64,000 bases of DNA from NCBI GenBank assembly GCA_964291655.2, contig OZ219802.1, forward strand, positions 512,001 through 576,000, in the 5' to 3' direction. Of this stretch, positions 40,706 through 49,410 are shown one piece after another. Under the pieces are notes generated by a model that saw only the letters and a list, made by a program, of their open reading frames with translations, did no database searches and was not told the origin of the DNA. Position numbers and translations under genes: made by a program. The stretch's first letter is position 1. The number at the start of each line of letters is the position of its first letter. Origin of the DNA: Chloroflexota bacterium. GTDB lineage: Bacteria; Chloroflexota; UBA11872; VXOZ01.

Positions 40706-41176
40706 ATGGCAAAAAGACTTGGTATACAATTGCTCCTCATGTTCGCGGTGTGCCTGGTAACGGCAACGCCGGCCGCGGCATTCTCGTTTGTCGTTGAGGA
40801 GGAAGACGGCTCACTGACGAACTTGACGCGCTTTCGGCCTCCTGCTTTCTTGCGCGAGCATTCGGAATATACGGTTACGCGTGTCGAGTACGGGAACGCA
40901 ACCTACTACCATCCTTCTCTCCATGGCGGCACGATGGCGAATGGTGAGCCGTATAGCCGCTTCGACCCCATCATTGCCGCCAGCCCCTTCTTTCCCTTGG
41001 GTACCGTGGTACGGGTGACCCGACTTTCCACCGGAGCGGTCATTGTCGTAATCGTTAAGGACCGTGCTCCATCCCCCGGCTTCATGTGGATCGACCTCAG
41101 CGAAGCCGCGTTTATACAAATGTCGCCCTTTACAACCGGTCGTTTTGAAGTTCAACTGGAACTCCTGAGCCAGTGA
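40706..41176 (+). CDS. RlpA-like double-psi beta-barrel secreted protein
   Basis: Signal peptide; ATYY..G..MANGE, AASP..PLGT.VRVT, V.VKDR, IDLSEAAF; alternative start 40682. Confidence 0.8.
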   Translation: MAKRLGIQLLLMFAVCLVTATPAAAFSFVVEEEDGSLTNLTRFRPPAFLREHSEYTVTRVEYGNATYYHPSLHGGTMANGEPYSRFDPIIAASPFFPLGTVVRVTRLSTGAVIVVIVKDRAPSPGFMWIDLSEAAFIQMSPFTTGRFEVQLELLSQ

Positions 41177-41210
41177 CTGCTGTCCTAGAGCCTCTCCTGA
41201 TTGTTTTGCT

Positions 41211-42191
41211 ATGAAGAATGCGGCATACACCATCGAAGCGCTCACGCCCGTGCCCGACCATGTACTCGGCACCCGTGAAGAGTTCAATATGCTCACGTAC
41301 GGCCCCAGCGAAATCCTGCTCGCCAAAGACGGATTGGAAATTGCGGGGGCGGTACGCCTGGCCTTGCGGCAAGATGCCCGCCGTCAGCACGGCCTGATTG
41401 CCGATCTCTCAGTGCACGAAGACTACGCTCGCCAGGGAATCGAAGAGGACTTGATCGCCGCTGCCGAAGAGCACCTGAAAGCCTCAGGGGTAACGAAGAT
41501 CGACGCCATCGTGCGCGACGGTGAAGGCGCCACCGTGCCGTTCTATGAGCGCGGCTACTGGGCAGCTCGCAAGATGGTGCTACTCACGTGGAACCTCCGC
41601 ACGCTCGACCAGCTAGAGTCCAGCCAGGAGTTCTCCATTGAAGAGCAATCCTCCCCGGACCCGGCGTTCTTCACAGAGTTTGTTCTCAATAGTTACCAGC
41701 CGTATTGGCGCTGGTGGAAAGAGTACAAGGAAGACACTCGCTGGCACCGCGTCGAATATCCCGCTGAGCCGGAAGCGCCGCCAAGCGAGGAACTGGCGCA
41801 TGAGATGCGCGCTCGCATAGAAGCGCGCGTTGCTTCATTTGGTGCAGGCGCGCCGCAGACTCTCTTTGCCGCACGGTTCAATGGCGAAGTGGTAGGACTC
41901 TGCGACGCCAAGGCCGTGGCCGATGACACGACGTTCGATTGGGGGCTTCTGGTACGCCGCGATTACGGCGGACGCCGCATCGGCTCGGCGCTGCTTGGTC
42001 ACGCGCTGCACTGGCTCAAGGCGCAAGGAATGAGCACCGCCCGCATCGTTACAACATCAGGTCTCGATGACTACGATCCCACCGTCTACCTCTACGCCTT
42101 CTCGTATGGCGGTGCAATCAGCGCCGAGTATCTGAACCTGGTAAAGCGGAGACTCTACGGCGCCAATGCCGGCGATGAAAGCGAATCGTAG
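41211..42191 (+). CDS. tandem GNAT family N-acetyltransferase
   Basis: Two acetyl-CoA motifs, VHEDYARQGI and VRRDYGGRRIGSALL. Confidence 0.82.
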   Translation: MKNAAYTIEALTPVPDHVLGTREEFNMLTYGPSEILLAKDGLEIAGAVRLALRQDARRQHGLIADLSVHEDYARQGIEEDLIAAAEEHLKASGVTKIDAIVRDGEGATVPFYERGYWAARKMVLLTWNLRTLDQLESSQEFSIEEQSSPDPAFFTEFVLNSYQPYWRWWKEYKEDTRWHRVEYPAEPEAPPSEELAHEMRARIEARVASFGAGAPQTLFAARFNGEVVGLCDAKAVADDTTFDWGLLVRRDYGGRRIGSALLGHALHWLKAQGMSTARIVTTSGLDDYDPTVYLYAFSYGGAISAEYLNLVKRRLYGANAGDESES

Positions 42192-42251
42192 GCCCTCGCA
42201 CAACGCGTTGCGACCATCAAGATCAAGCGGCATCACGGTCGGTTTGGTGTA

Positions 42252-42358
42252 CCGTTCCCGCTGAGCCTGCCGCAGCAAACCCCATCTCCCGTTCGTGCTG
42301 TGCCTGCAGCTGCAGACTCCATCCCCCGTTGGTGCTGAGCCTGTCGAAGCATGAACGA
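42252..42358. repeat. three degenerate CCGTTxxxGCTGAGCCTGTCGAAG-type REP-like units
   Basis: CCGTTCCCGCTGAGCCTGCCG, CCGTTCGTGCTGTGCCTGCAG, CCGTTGGTGCTGAGCCTGTCGAAGCATGAACG. Confidence 0.6.
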
Positions 42359-42554
42359 ACGACACTGAGGTAGCCTCAAAGCAAGAGTATCAGCCCACGC
42401 CCGCGACCTATTCGGAGAGCGCATAGTACGCCCGCACCAATTCCTTCACTATTCGCCGGAAGTGTGGTAGTTTAACTGCGAACGCGACTGCTATTCGTCG
42501 TATTGAGCATTGCCGCATACTGCACACGGTCAAATTTAAGAGGGAGCACCTACT

Positions 42555-43160
42555 ATGGCATTTACTGTGAAGGGCCTCAAATTCGGCAAAGACGCCCTTG
42601 AAGGCATATCGGAAAAGACACTAACCGTCCACCACGATACGCTTTATGCGGGTTATGTAAACAAACGCAACGAGATCGAAGATGGTCTTAAGAACGTCGA
42701 CCGATCCACGGCAAACCAGGCCTACAGCGCCTACCGCGCGCTTAAGCTGGAAGAGACCTTCGCCGCAGACGGCCAAATTCTACACGAACTTTATTTCGAT
42801 ACGCTGGGCGGTAATGGTGAAGCCGGCGGCGATCTGGCGGACAAGATTGCCGAGGACTTCGGCTCCTGGGATGCTTTCATCGAGGACGCCCGTGCTTGTG
42901 CCATGGCCGCGCGCGGCTGGATGGTAACCGCACTCGATCCCACGGACGGCAAGATCCACAACTTCCTGTGCGACGTGCACAACCAGGGCGGCGTTTGGGG
43001 CACAGTCCCATTGTGGACGATTGATACGTATGAGCACGCCTACTTCATGGACTACGGCAGCGATCGCCCGTCCTACATCACGGCACTCCTCAAGAATGTT
43101 GACTGGGACGCCGTAAACGAGCGGTACCAGGCAGCCAAGGCATCGCTGGCAGCCAGGTAG
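42555..43160 (+). CDS. Fe/Mn superoxide dismutase family protein (ChrC-like variant)
   Basis: Ligand motifs VHH..LY.GYV, LHELYF, DTYEHAY. Confidence 0.9.
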   Translation: MAFTVKGLKFGKDALEGISEKTLTVHHDTLYAGYVNKRNEIEDGLKNVDRSTANQAYSAYRALKLEETFAADGQILHELYFDTLGGNGEAGGDLADKIAEDFGSWDAFIEDARACAMAARGWMVTALDPTDGKIHNFLCDVHNQGGVWGTVPLWTIDTYEHAYFMDYGSDRPSYITALLKNVDWDAVNERYQAAKASLAAR

Positions 43161-43214
43161 GGGATACTCGCGGCAACCGGCCGCGAAGCAATATTGCTTA
43201 CAACTGGGAAAGAG

Positions 43215-43251
43215 AGAGGCGCAGGGAACGATCCTGCGCCTCTTCACTTTA
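43215..43251 (+). terminator. putative intrinsic terminator after the SOD gene
   Basis: Stem AGAGGCGCAGG/CCTGCGCCTCT followed by a T-rich tail. Confidence 0.7.
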
Positions 43252-43486
43252 TGCTCGAAAAGAGTCCCAACATCCACGCGTCCGAATTGGGTCCTCTGTC
43301 TCAAACTGTTGTTTCAACCCCATCCCACCATGTGGCGGGCATCACTACCCCCGGCGCGTGGCGCCATCATGGTTTTACCCACGGCATCTTGCCTCCCATG
43401 CCAGCCTAACGTAGCAGTCAAGCTGCACGGCTGCTACAATGACACGGACATCACAGGGGCCAGATTGACGAGGAGAAGCTGTAGCC

Positions 43487-44278
43487 GTGAGTATCGCAGC
43501 AGAGATCAAGGGTACGTGCGTGCCGCAGCATACTATTGCCATGTGGAGCCTCGGGCAAGCCGGGTGTGTTTTCAAGTCAAGCCAGGGCACGATTGTGTAC
43601 GTAGATCCCTACCTTGGCGACGCTTGCAATCAGCTCTACGGTTTGGAACGCCTCATCGCGCCCCCGGTCGAGGCGGCAGACGTGCAGGCAGACTTTGTCC
43701 TCGCCACACACAATCACGCCGACCACCTTGACCCTGACGCCTTTCCCGTTATCGCGCGTTACAATGCGACGGCACTGCTCATCGGCCCATCGTCGTGCAC
43801 CAACGCCATGCGCGAACTTGGCATCCCCTCCAGCCAGACGTATACGCTCAATCACGACGACGCGCTCCATAGCGGCCACGTCCGCATTCACGCCACGTTT
43901 GCAAACCACGTCTGGGATGATCCTGATGACGCGCCAGATGCCGTGGGATATGTGATCGATTTTGGTGGCCTGCGGGTGTACATCAGCGGCGATACCCTCT
44001 ACCACGAACGGATGGAAGGCATTGCCAGCCTGCAACCAAACCTTGCCTTTATTTGCATCAATGGGCGCTGGGGGAACATGTCGGCGGCGGAGGCCGCCCA
44101 CCTTGCAACCGTGCTGCGCGCCCAGACCGCCGTACCCACGCACTACAACATGTTTGCGAACAACATGGCAGATCCTGCCGACTTTGCCGACGCGCTCAAA
44201 GCAGAGGGAGGGAGCGTGCAACCGCTCGTCCTCTCACCAGGGGAGTGTGTGCTCTATCCAGAAAGGGATGCCTCGTGA
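43487..44278 (+). CDS. MBL-fold metallo-hydrolase (UlaG-like)
   Basis: LGQAG, VDPYL, THNHADHLD, YISGDT, INGRWGNM, PTHYNMF. Confidence 0.9.
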   Translation: MSIAAEIKGTCVPQHTIAMWSLGQAGCVFKSSQGTIVYVDPYLGDACNQLYGLERLIAPPVEAADVQADFVLATHNHADHLDPDAFPVIARYNATALLIGPSSCTNAMRELGIPSSQTYTLNHDDALHSGHVRIHATFANHVWDDPDDAPDAVGYVIDFGGLRVYISGDTLYHERMEGIASLQPNLAFICINGRWGNMSAAEAAHLATVLRAQTAVPTHYNMFANNMADPADFADALKAEGGSVQPLVLSPGECVLYPERDAS

Positions 44279-45558
44279 GCCAGAAGAGAGTTCTCAAAGC
44301 CGATAGGGCCTTTACCGCCACCGGCGCCGACCCCATCGCGCAAGCGGCAGTGGTCCTTACCGACGACCGCATCGCATTCGTGGGGCCGGCTGCTGAACTT
44401 AACCAGAGCCACCTGGAAGGCGCGATTGTCGAGGATTTCCCCGGCCATACATTGATGCCCGGGTTGCTCGACGGGCACACGCACTTGAGCTTTACCGCAG
44501 GCCGCCACCACGAGGAAGTCGTTGACGAGATTAGCCGCGAGACCGACATGCAGCAAGTGCTACGCACCGCGGCAAATGCCCAGAAGTGCTTGCGAGCGGG
44601 ATTGACGACCGTGCGCGATCTTGGCGGCCGCCGCGACGTGGTGCCCACGGTGCGCGACGCCATCAACCGCGGCAGGATTGTCGGCCCGCGCATTCTCTCC
44701 TGCAACGTCCCCATTACGGTTACCGGCGGACACATTCACTTTGTCGGCTGGGAAGCCAATGAGGAGTGGGAACTGCGCAAGGCCGTGCGTACGCTCATCA
44801 AAGAAGGCGCCGATGTCATTAAGATTTGCGCCAGCGGCGGCAACATGACTGCCGAGTCCAACCCCCTCATGGTCCAATACAGCGCCCAGCAATTGCGCGT
44901 TGTGGTGGAGGAGGCCCACAAACTTGGTACACCGGTGGCGGCACACGCCATTCCCGCTGATAGCATCCGCAACTGCATCGAGGCCGGTATCGATAGCATC
45001 GAACATTGTGTCTGGCTTGGCGCCGATGGCGGCTACGATTACGATGCGACAGCCATGGCAACGGCAGTAGCAAAGGACCTTACCGTTTCCATTACACTCG
45101 CCGGCGTCTTTCGGGGTTACCTTGCCGACATGCCGCTTAGTGATGAAATGCGCGCGGCCATGAACATACAGGGCCCGCTGGAAGATGAACGCGTAGAGCA
45201 GTTTCGCAAGATCTGGCAATCAGGTGTGAACCTCATCATCTCTAGTGACGCGGGGGTACGGTATACGCCATTCGACGACTACCACATCTCGCTGCGTTGC
45301 GCCGTCGAGTTGATCGGCATTCCCGCGAAAGAAGTGCTCCTCATGGCCACCCGCAATCCCGCCAAGGGTCTGGGAGTTCTTGACGAACGAGGCACCCTGG
45401 AGGCAGGAAAAGTTGCCGATGTCATCGCGGTGGATGGGGATCCACTCGCAGACATCAAAGCTATGGCCAACGTGAAGCTAACTATCGTGGGCGGCAAGGT
45501 CGTATTCCGCGAGGACATGATCGAGGCGCCCCGCACAATCGAATTGGGAGTCAGTTAA
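44275..45558 (+). CDS. metal-dependent amidohydrolase (Xaa-Pro dipeptidase-like)
   Basis: MPGLLDGHTH, TTVRDLG, IKICASGG, VAAHA, SIEH, SSDAG, GKVAD; GTGA overlap with the upstream gene. Confidence 0.9.
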   Translation: MSQKRVLKADRAFTATGADPIAQAAVVLTDDRIAFVGPAAELNQSHLEGAIVEDFPGHTLMPGLLDGHTHLSFTAGRHHEEVVDEISRETDMQQVLRTAANAQKCLRAGLTTVRDLGGRRDVVPTVRDAINRGRIVGPRILSCNVPITVTGGHIHFVGWEANEEWELRKAVRTLIKEGADVIKICASGGNMTAESNPLMVQYSAQQLRVVVEEAHKLGTPVAAHAIPADSIRNCIEAGIDSIEHCVWLGADGGYDYDATAMATAVAKDLTVSITLAGVFRGYLADMPLSDEMRAAMNIQGPLEDERVEQFRKIWQSGVNLIISSDAGVRYTPFDDYHISLRCAVELIGIPAKEVLLMATRNPAKGLGVLDERGTLEAGKVADVIAVDGDPLADIKAMANVKLTIVGGKVVFREDMIEAPRTIELGVS

Positions 45559-45823
45559 GGATACAGAGAGTGGTGGGCCCGGTTTAACAGGGCCCCGCCC
45601 GTGTTCCTTCTCCCTGAGGAGACCTTTGCATCACCCTTGCCGAGGCGTGAAAGTCCCCTCTCCCGGTGGGAGAAGGTTAGAGCCTGCCTCGTACGTGATA
45701 CGGGGGTGAGGGTGAAATACCCGCAATCCGGGAGCCTTTATGATGAATTTGCACACTTTTATATAGGATTTGCAGGTAATGAGGACGGGGTAAGCAGAAA
45801 TCCCCTCACCCCGGACCTCTCCC

Positions 45824-47088
45824 TGTATAGACCGGGTACATGGGTTACACATGTTCGGGCACATAGGTTACACCTTAAGGCATGGAGATTCTTACAGATG
45901 GAGGAGCGCCATGCCTTGGAAGGAGAGTACGGTTGTGTCTGAACGCAAGGAGTTCATTGCACTGGCACTGATGGAAGGGGCCAACATCAGCGAGCTGTGT
46001 CGCCGTCTGGAGATCAGTCGCAAGACGGCGTACAAGACGCTGGAGCGGTATGCGAAAGCTGGCGAAGACGGTTTGCACGACCGGTCGCGGCGGCCGCACA
46101 CGTGTCCGCACCGCACGCGCCCGGCGCTGGAGGAGCGCATCATCGCCTTGCGCCTGGCGCATCCGAAGAAAGGCGCACACGTGCTGCGCCGGATGCTGCA
46201 GGACCAGGGGGTCACCGACGTGCCGGCCAAGAGCACCATCAATGCCATTCTCAAACGCCATGGGCTCATCGATCCAGCCCAGAGCGCCAAGCACACGCCC
46301 CATGTGCGCTTCGAACGACCCCAGCCCAACGAGCTGTGGCAGATGGACTTCAAGGGACATTTCGTCATGCAGCAGAACCGCTGTCATCCTCTCACCCTCC
46401 TAGACGATCACTCCCGCTTCAACCTCGGGTTACAGGCCTGTGCCAACGAGCGGGGAGAGACGGTCCAAGACCGCCTCACCGCTGTCTTTCGCCGCTACGG
46501 CTTGCCCCAGGCCATGCTCATGGACAACGGCTCTCCCTGGGGTAACGACAGTGCCCAGCCCTTCACGCCCCTCACCGTCTGGCTCATGCAGCTGGGCATC
46601 AACGTCCTGCACAGCCGACCCTACCATCCCCAGACACTCGGCAAGCTGGAACGCTTCCACCGCTCCCTCAAGAGCGAACTGCTGGCAGGGACCACCTTTA
46701 CCGACCTGGACCATTGCCAGCGCGCCTTTGACACCTGGCGCCACTTCTACAACTTGGAACGCCCACACCATGCCCTCGATCTCGACACTCCCATTACCAG
46801 ATACACGCCTAGTCCTCGCCCTTTCCCAGAGACCTTGCCTGCCCTCGCCTACGCTCCCGACGACCGCGTACGCAGCGTCGATGTCTCCGGCCGCATCTCC
46901 TTCCAAGGCAGACGGCTCCGTGTGGGCAGGGCCTTCACGCACAAGCAAGTCGCCCTGCGACCCACCCGAACGGACGGTGTCTGGGACGTGTACTTCTCGA
47001 TCCAAAGAGTAAAAACCATAGACCTCAGAGCACAAAATGTGTAACCTATCTACCCGAACATCTGTTACCTATGTCCCCGGTCTGTACA
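45824..47088 (+). mobile_element. IS481 family insertion sequence (complete)
   Basis: Ends TGTATAGACCGGGTACAT / ATGTCCCCGGTCTGTACA, subterminal GTTAC repeats, 5-bp TSD CTCCC. Confidence 0.93.
45911..47044 (+). CDS. IS481 family transposase
   Basis: MPWKE start, HTH ISRKTAYK, WQMDFKG, DDHSRF, DNG, GKLERFHR (DDE). Confidence 0.96.
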   Translation: MPWKESTVVSERKEFIALALMEGANISELCRRLEISRKTAYKTLERYAKAGEDGLHDRSRRPHTCPHRTRPALEERIIALRLAHPKKGAHVLRRMLQDQGVTDVPAKSTINAILKRHGLIDPAQSAKHTPHVRFERPQPNELWQMDFKGHFVMQQNRCHPLTLLDDHSRFNLGLQACANERGETVQDRLTAVFRRYGLPQAMLMDNGSPWGNDSAQPFTPLTVWLMQLGINVLHSRPYHPQTLGKLERFHRSLKSELLAGTTFTDLDHCQRAFDTWRHFYNLERPHHALDLDTPITRYTPSPRPFPETLPALAYAPDDRVRSVDVSGRISFQGRRLRVGRAFTHKQVALRPTRTDGVWDVYFSIQRVKTIDLRAQNV

Positions 47089-47211
47089 CTCCCCAGGGAG
47101 AGGGAGTAGTTCTTGCGCCTCCGGCCGAAGTTACGCAGAGGACTTCTGAAGGCAAGGGCTAGGGTGAGAGTGAAACATCAGGGCAGAATTGTGGTGAAAG
47201 GTTACTGAAGC

Positions 47212-48603
47212 ATGGCGGCGCAGTTGCTATCTGATATTCGCATCCGGGAAGTTCAAACGTATTTCACCGACGAGGTCGCGCGCACGCCGCTCAAGTTCGG
47301 CGGTGTCACCATGGAGGGAGCCACCCACGTACGGGTGCGTATTTCCGTGGAGAATCGCGCCGGACAGGTGGCGGAAGGTTGGGGCAGCATGTTCCTCGCC
47401 ATTGGCTGGGCCTGGCCGACTGACGCCGTTGACGCGCTGGCCCGCGACGCCGCGATGCGACAGGTGGTGGAACGTTATGCCAAAGCCCTGGAAAGCCACA
47501 CGAGTTACGCCCACCCCATCGACATTGCGCTCAAGACCGAGCCCACCCTCCTTAGCAACGCCACCGAGACCAGCCGCGCCATGCAGCTAGCGGAGCCGAT
47601 GCCGGTCTTGGCCTCGCTTGTGTGCGGCTCGCCCTTTGACGGCGCGCTTCATGACGCATTTGGCAACGTAAACGGCATTTCAAGCTATGACGGCTACTCC
47701 GACGAATTCATGGCGGAAGACCTCAGCGCATACCTCGGTCCGGAATTCAAAGGACAGTTCCTCGACGACTACGTTCGCCGCGCCTATGTTGCCGAGCTTC
47801 CCGTCTTCCACCTCGTCGGCGGCCTCGACAAGCTGTGGGAGCACGAGATCACCCCTGACGATCCTGACGACGGCGAACCGGTCTCGCTCGACCAATGGAT
47901 CGCCCGGGACGGCGTCTACTGCCTGAAGATCAAGCTCTTGGGCAATGACATGGACTGGGACGTGCAGCGCACATTGGACGTCTATGCCATCGGCAAAGAA
48001 GCGCTCGCAAAGCAAGGTAGGGAGGAAATCTATCTCACTGCCGACACGAACGAAATCTGCGATACACCCGACTATATGGTCGAGTACCTCGAGCGGGTGC
48101 GTGAACTATCGCCCGCAGCCTACGATACCCTGCTCTACGTGGAACAGCCCACGCACCGCGACCTGGATAGAGCGCCCTTCCGCATGGACGGTATCGACAA
48201 GCTCAAGCCCGTCATTATGGACGAGAGCCTCTACAATCACCGCCAGTACGAACGCGCCAAGGAGCTTGGGTGGTCCGGCATCGCCCTGAAAGTCTGCAAG
48301 GGACACTCGCACAGCCTGCTCTTTACGGCGCTGGCAACCCACGACGGCCTGCCGTACACCGTGCAGGACCTCACCAATCCTGACCTATCGCTCATTCACT
48401 CGGTGAGTTTTGCCGCGCGCATCGATCCGATGAAGGGCGTGGAATGCAACTCTCGCCAGTTCTTCCCCGCCTCGAATGGGGCGGTCGCTGCCGTCCACCC
48501 TCGCATCGCCAACGTACGCAACGGCGTGGCGCATACGGGAACACTAACCGGTACCGGACTTGGCTATCAAGTGGAACGCATTCTCGCTCAGACTGCCCCA
48601 TAG
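47212..48603 (+). CDS. mandelate racemase/muconate lactonizing (enolase superfamily) protein
   Basis: KIK motif, metal-ligand motifs D(TNE), EQP, DES. Confidence 0.82.
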   Translation: MAAQLLSDIRIREVQTYFTDEVARTPLKFGGVTMEGATHVRVRISVENRAGQVAEGWGSMFLAIGWAWPTDAVDALARDAAMRQVVERYAKALESHTSYAHPIDIALKTEPTLLSNATETSRAMQLAEPMPVLASLVCGSPFDGALHDAFGNVNGISSYDGYSDEFMAEDLSAYLGPEFKGQFLDDYVRRAYVAELPVFHLVGGLDKLWEHEITPDDPDDGEPVSLDQWIARDGVYCLKIKLLGNDMDWDVQRTLDVYAIGKEALAKQGREEIYLTADTNEICDTPDYMVEYLERVRELSPAAYDTLLYVEQPTHRDLDRAPFRMDGIDKLKPVIMDESLYNHRQYERAKELGWSGIALKVCKGHSHSLLFTALATHDGLPYTVQDLTNPDLSLIHSVSFAARIDPMKGVECNSRQFFPASNGAVAAVHPRIANVRNGVAHTGTLTGTGLGYQVERILAQTAP

Positions 48604-48651
48604 CAGCAGCGCGATTGAATTTGCCGCGCGCTTTGGGCGGGCCATCGTCAC

Positions 48652-49407
48652 TTAGAGCGAATCTCCGCCGTCGACGTCCAAGCACTGGCCGGTGACCCAC
48701 GCCGCTTCGTCTGAGGCCAAGTACACTGCTGAATGCGCTACGTCGGCCGGATGGCCGTCGCGGTCAAGCGCTGCCGGCGGCAAGCCGGCGTCTTCCGGGC
48801 CCCGCGAGTCGCCAATAGCGCCGGGGCAAATACAATTCACGCGGATACCGTTTTCGCGGTACTCCCGCGCCAAGGTGCGGGTCAGACCGACCAGCGCCTC
48901 TTTACCCGCCGCATACCCCACGTTAGCCTCCCGGCGCGTGCGTGAAGCCGCCGCGACAAGGAGGATAGATCCGCTGCCTTGTTCCATCATCGCGGGCAAC
49001 ACTGCATGAGCACAATAGTAGGCGGTATCTACATTTATGTTTAGCAAGTATCGCCACTCCTTCGGTGCCGTTTCGTGCAGCCTCTGGCCGCCGTAGGCGT
49101 AGTCGCCGAGATTGTCGAAGAGCACGTCGATACGCCCCCAACGATCAAGAGCGGCTTGGGCCATTGCCGCAGCGCCCGCAGGCGTTGCCAGGTCACCTGT
49201 AGCTACGGCAGCCTCACCACCACGCCCCTCGATCTCCCTTTTCAGCACTTCCAGCGGCTCTGCGCGCCGTGCGACCAGCAGGACTCTTGCGCCCTCGCGG
49301 GCAAAGCGCAGCGGAGTCGCGCTCCCCATGCCGCCCCCGGCCCCGGCAATCACCGCCACCTTGCCCGCCAGGCGGCCTCGGTCACCATTACCGCTTTCGT
49401 TGCTCAT
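48652..49407 (-). CDS. SDR family oxidoreductase
   Basis: GAGGGMG, YAAGK, IRVNCICPG, VTGQCLDVDGG. Confidence 0.93.
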   Translation of the reverse strand: MSNESGNGDRGRLAGKVAVIAGAGGGMGSATPLRFAREGARVLLVARRAEPLEVLKREIEGRGGEAAVATGDLATPAGAAAMAQAALDRWGRIDVLFDNLGDYAYGGQRLHETAPKEWRYLLNINVDTAYYCAHAVLPAMMEQGSGSILLVAAASRTRREANVGYAAGKEALVGLTRTLAREYRENGIRVNCICPGAIGDSRGPEDAGLPPAALDRDGHPADVAHSAVYLASDEAAWVTGQCLDVDGGDSL

Positions 49408-49410
49408 TCC

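Larger units (their letters stand above)
45618..47146 (+). mobile_element. IS5-type MITE interrupted by IS481
   Basis: Left IR GGAGACCTTTGCA, decayed right IR TTACGCAGAGGACTTC, TGA duplicated on both sides (45615-45617, 47147-47149). Confidence 0.75.
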
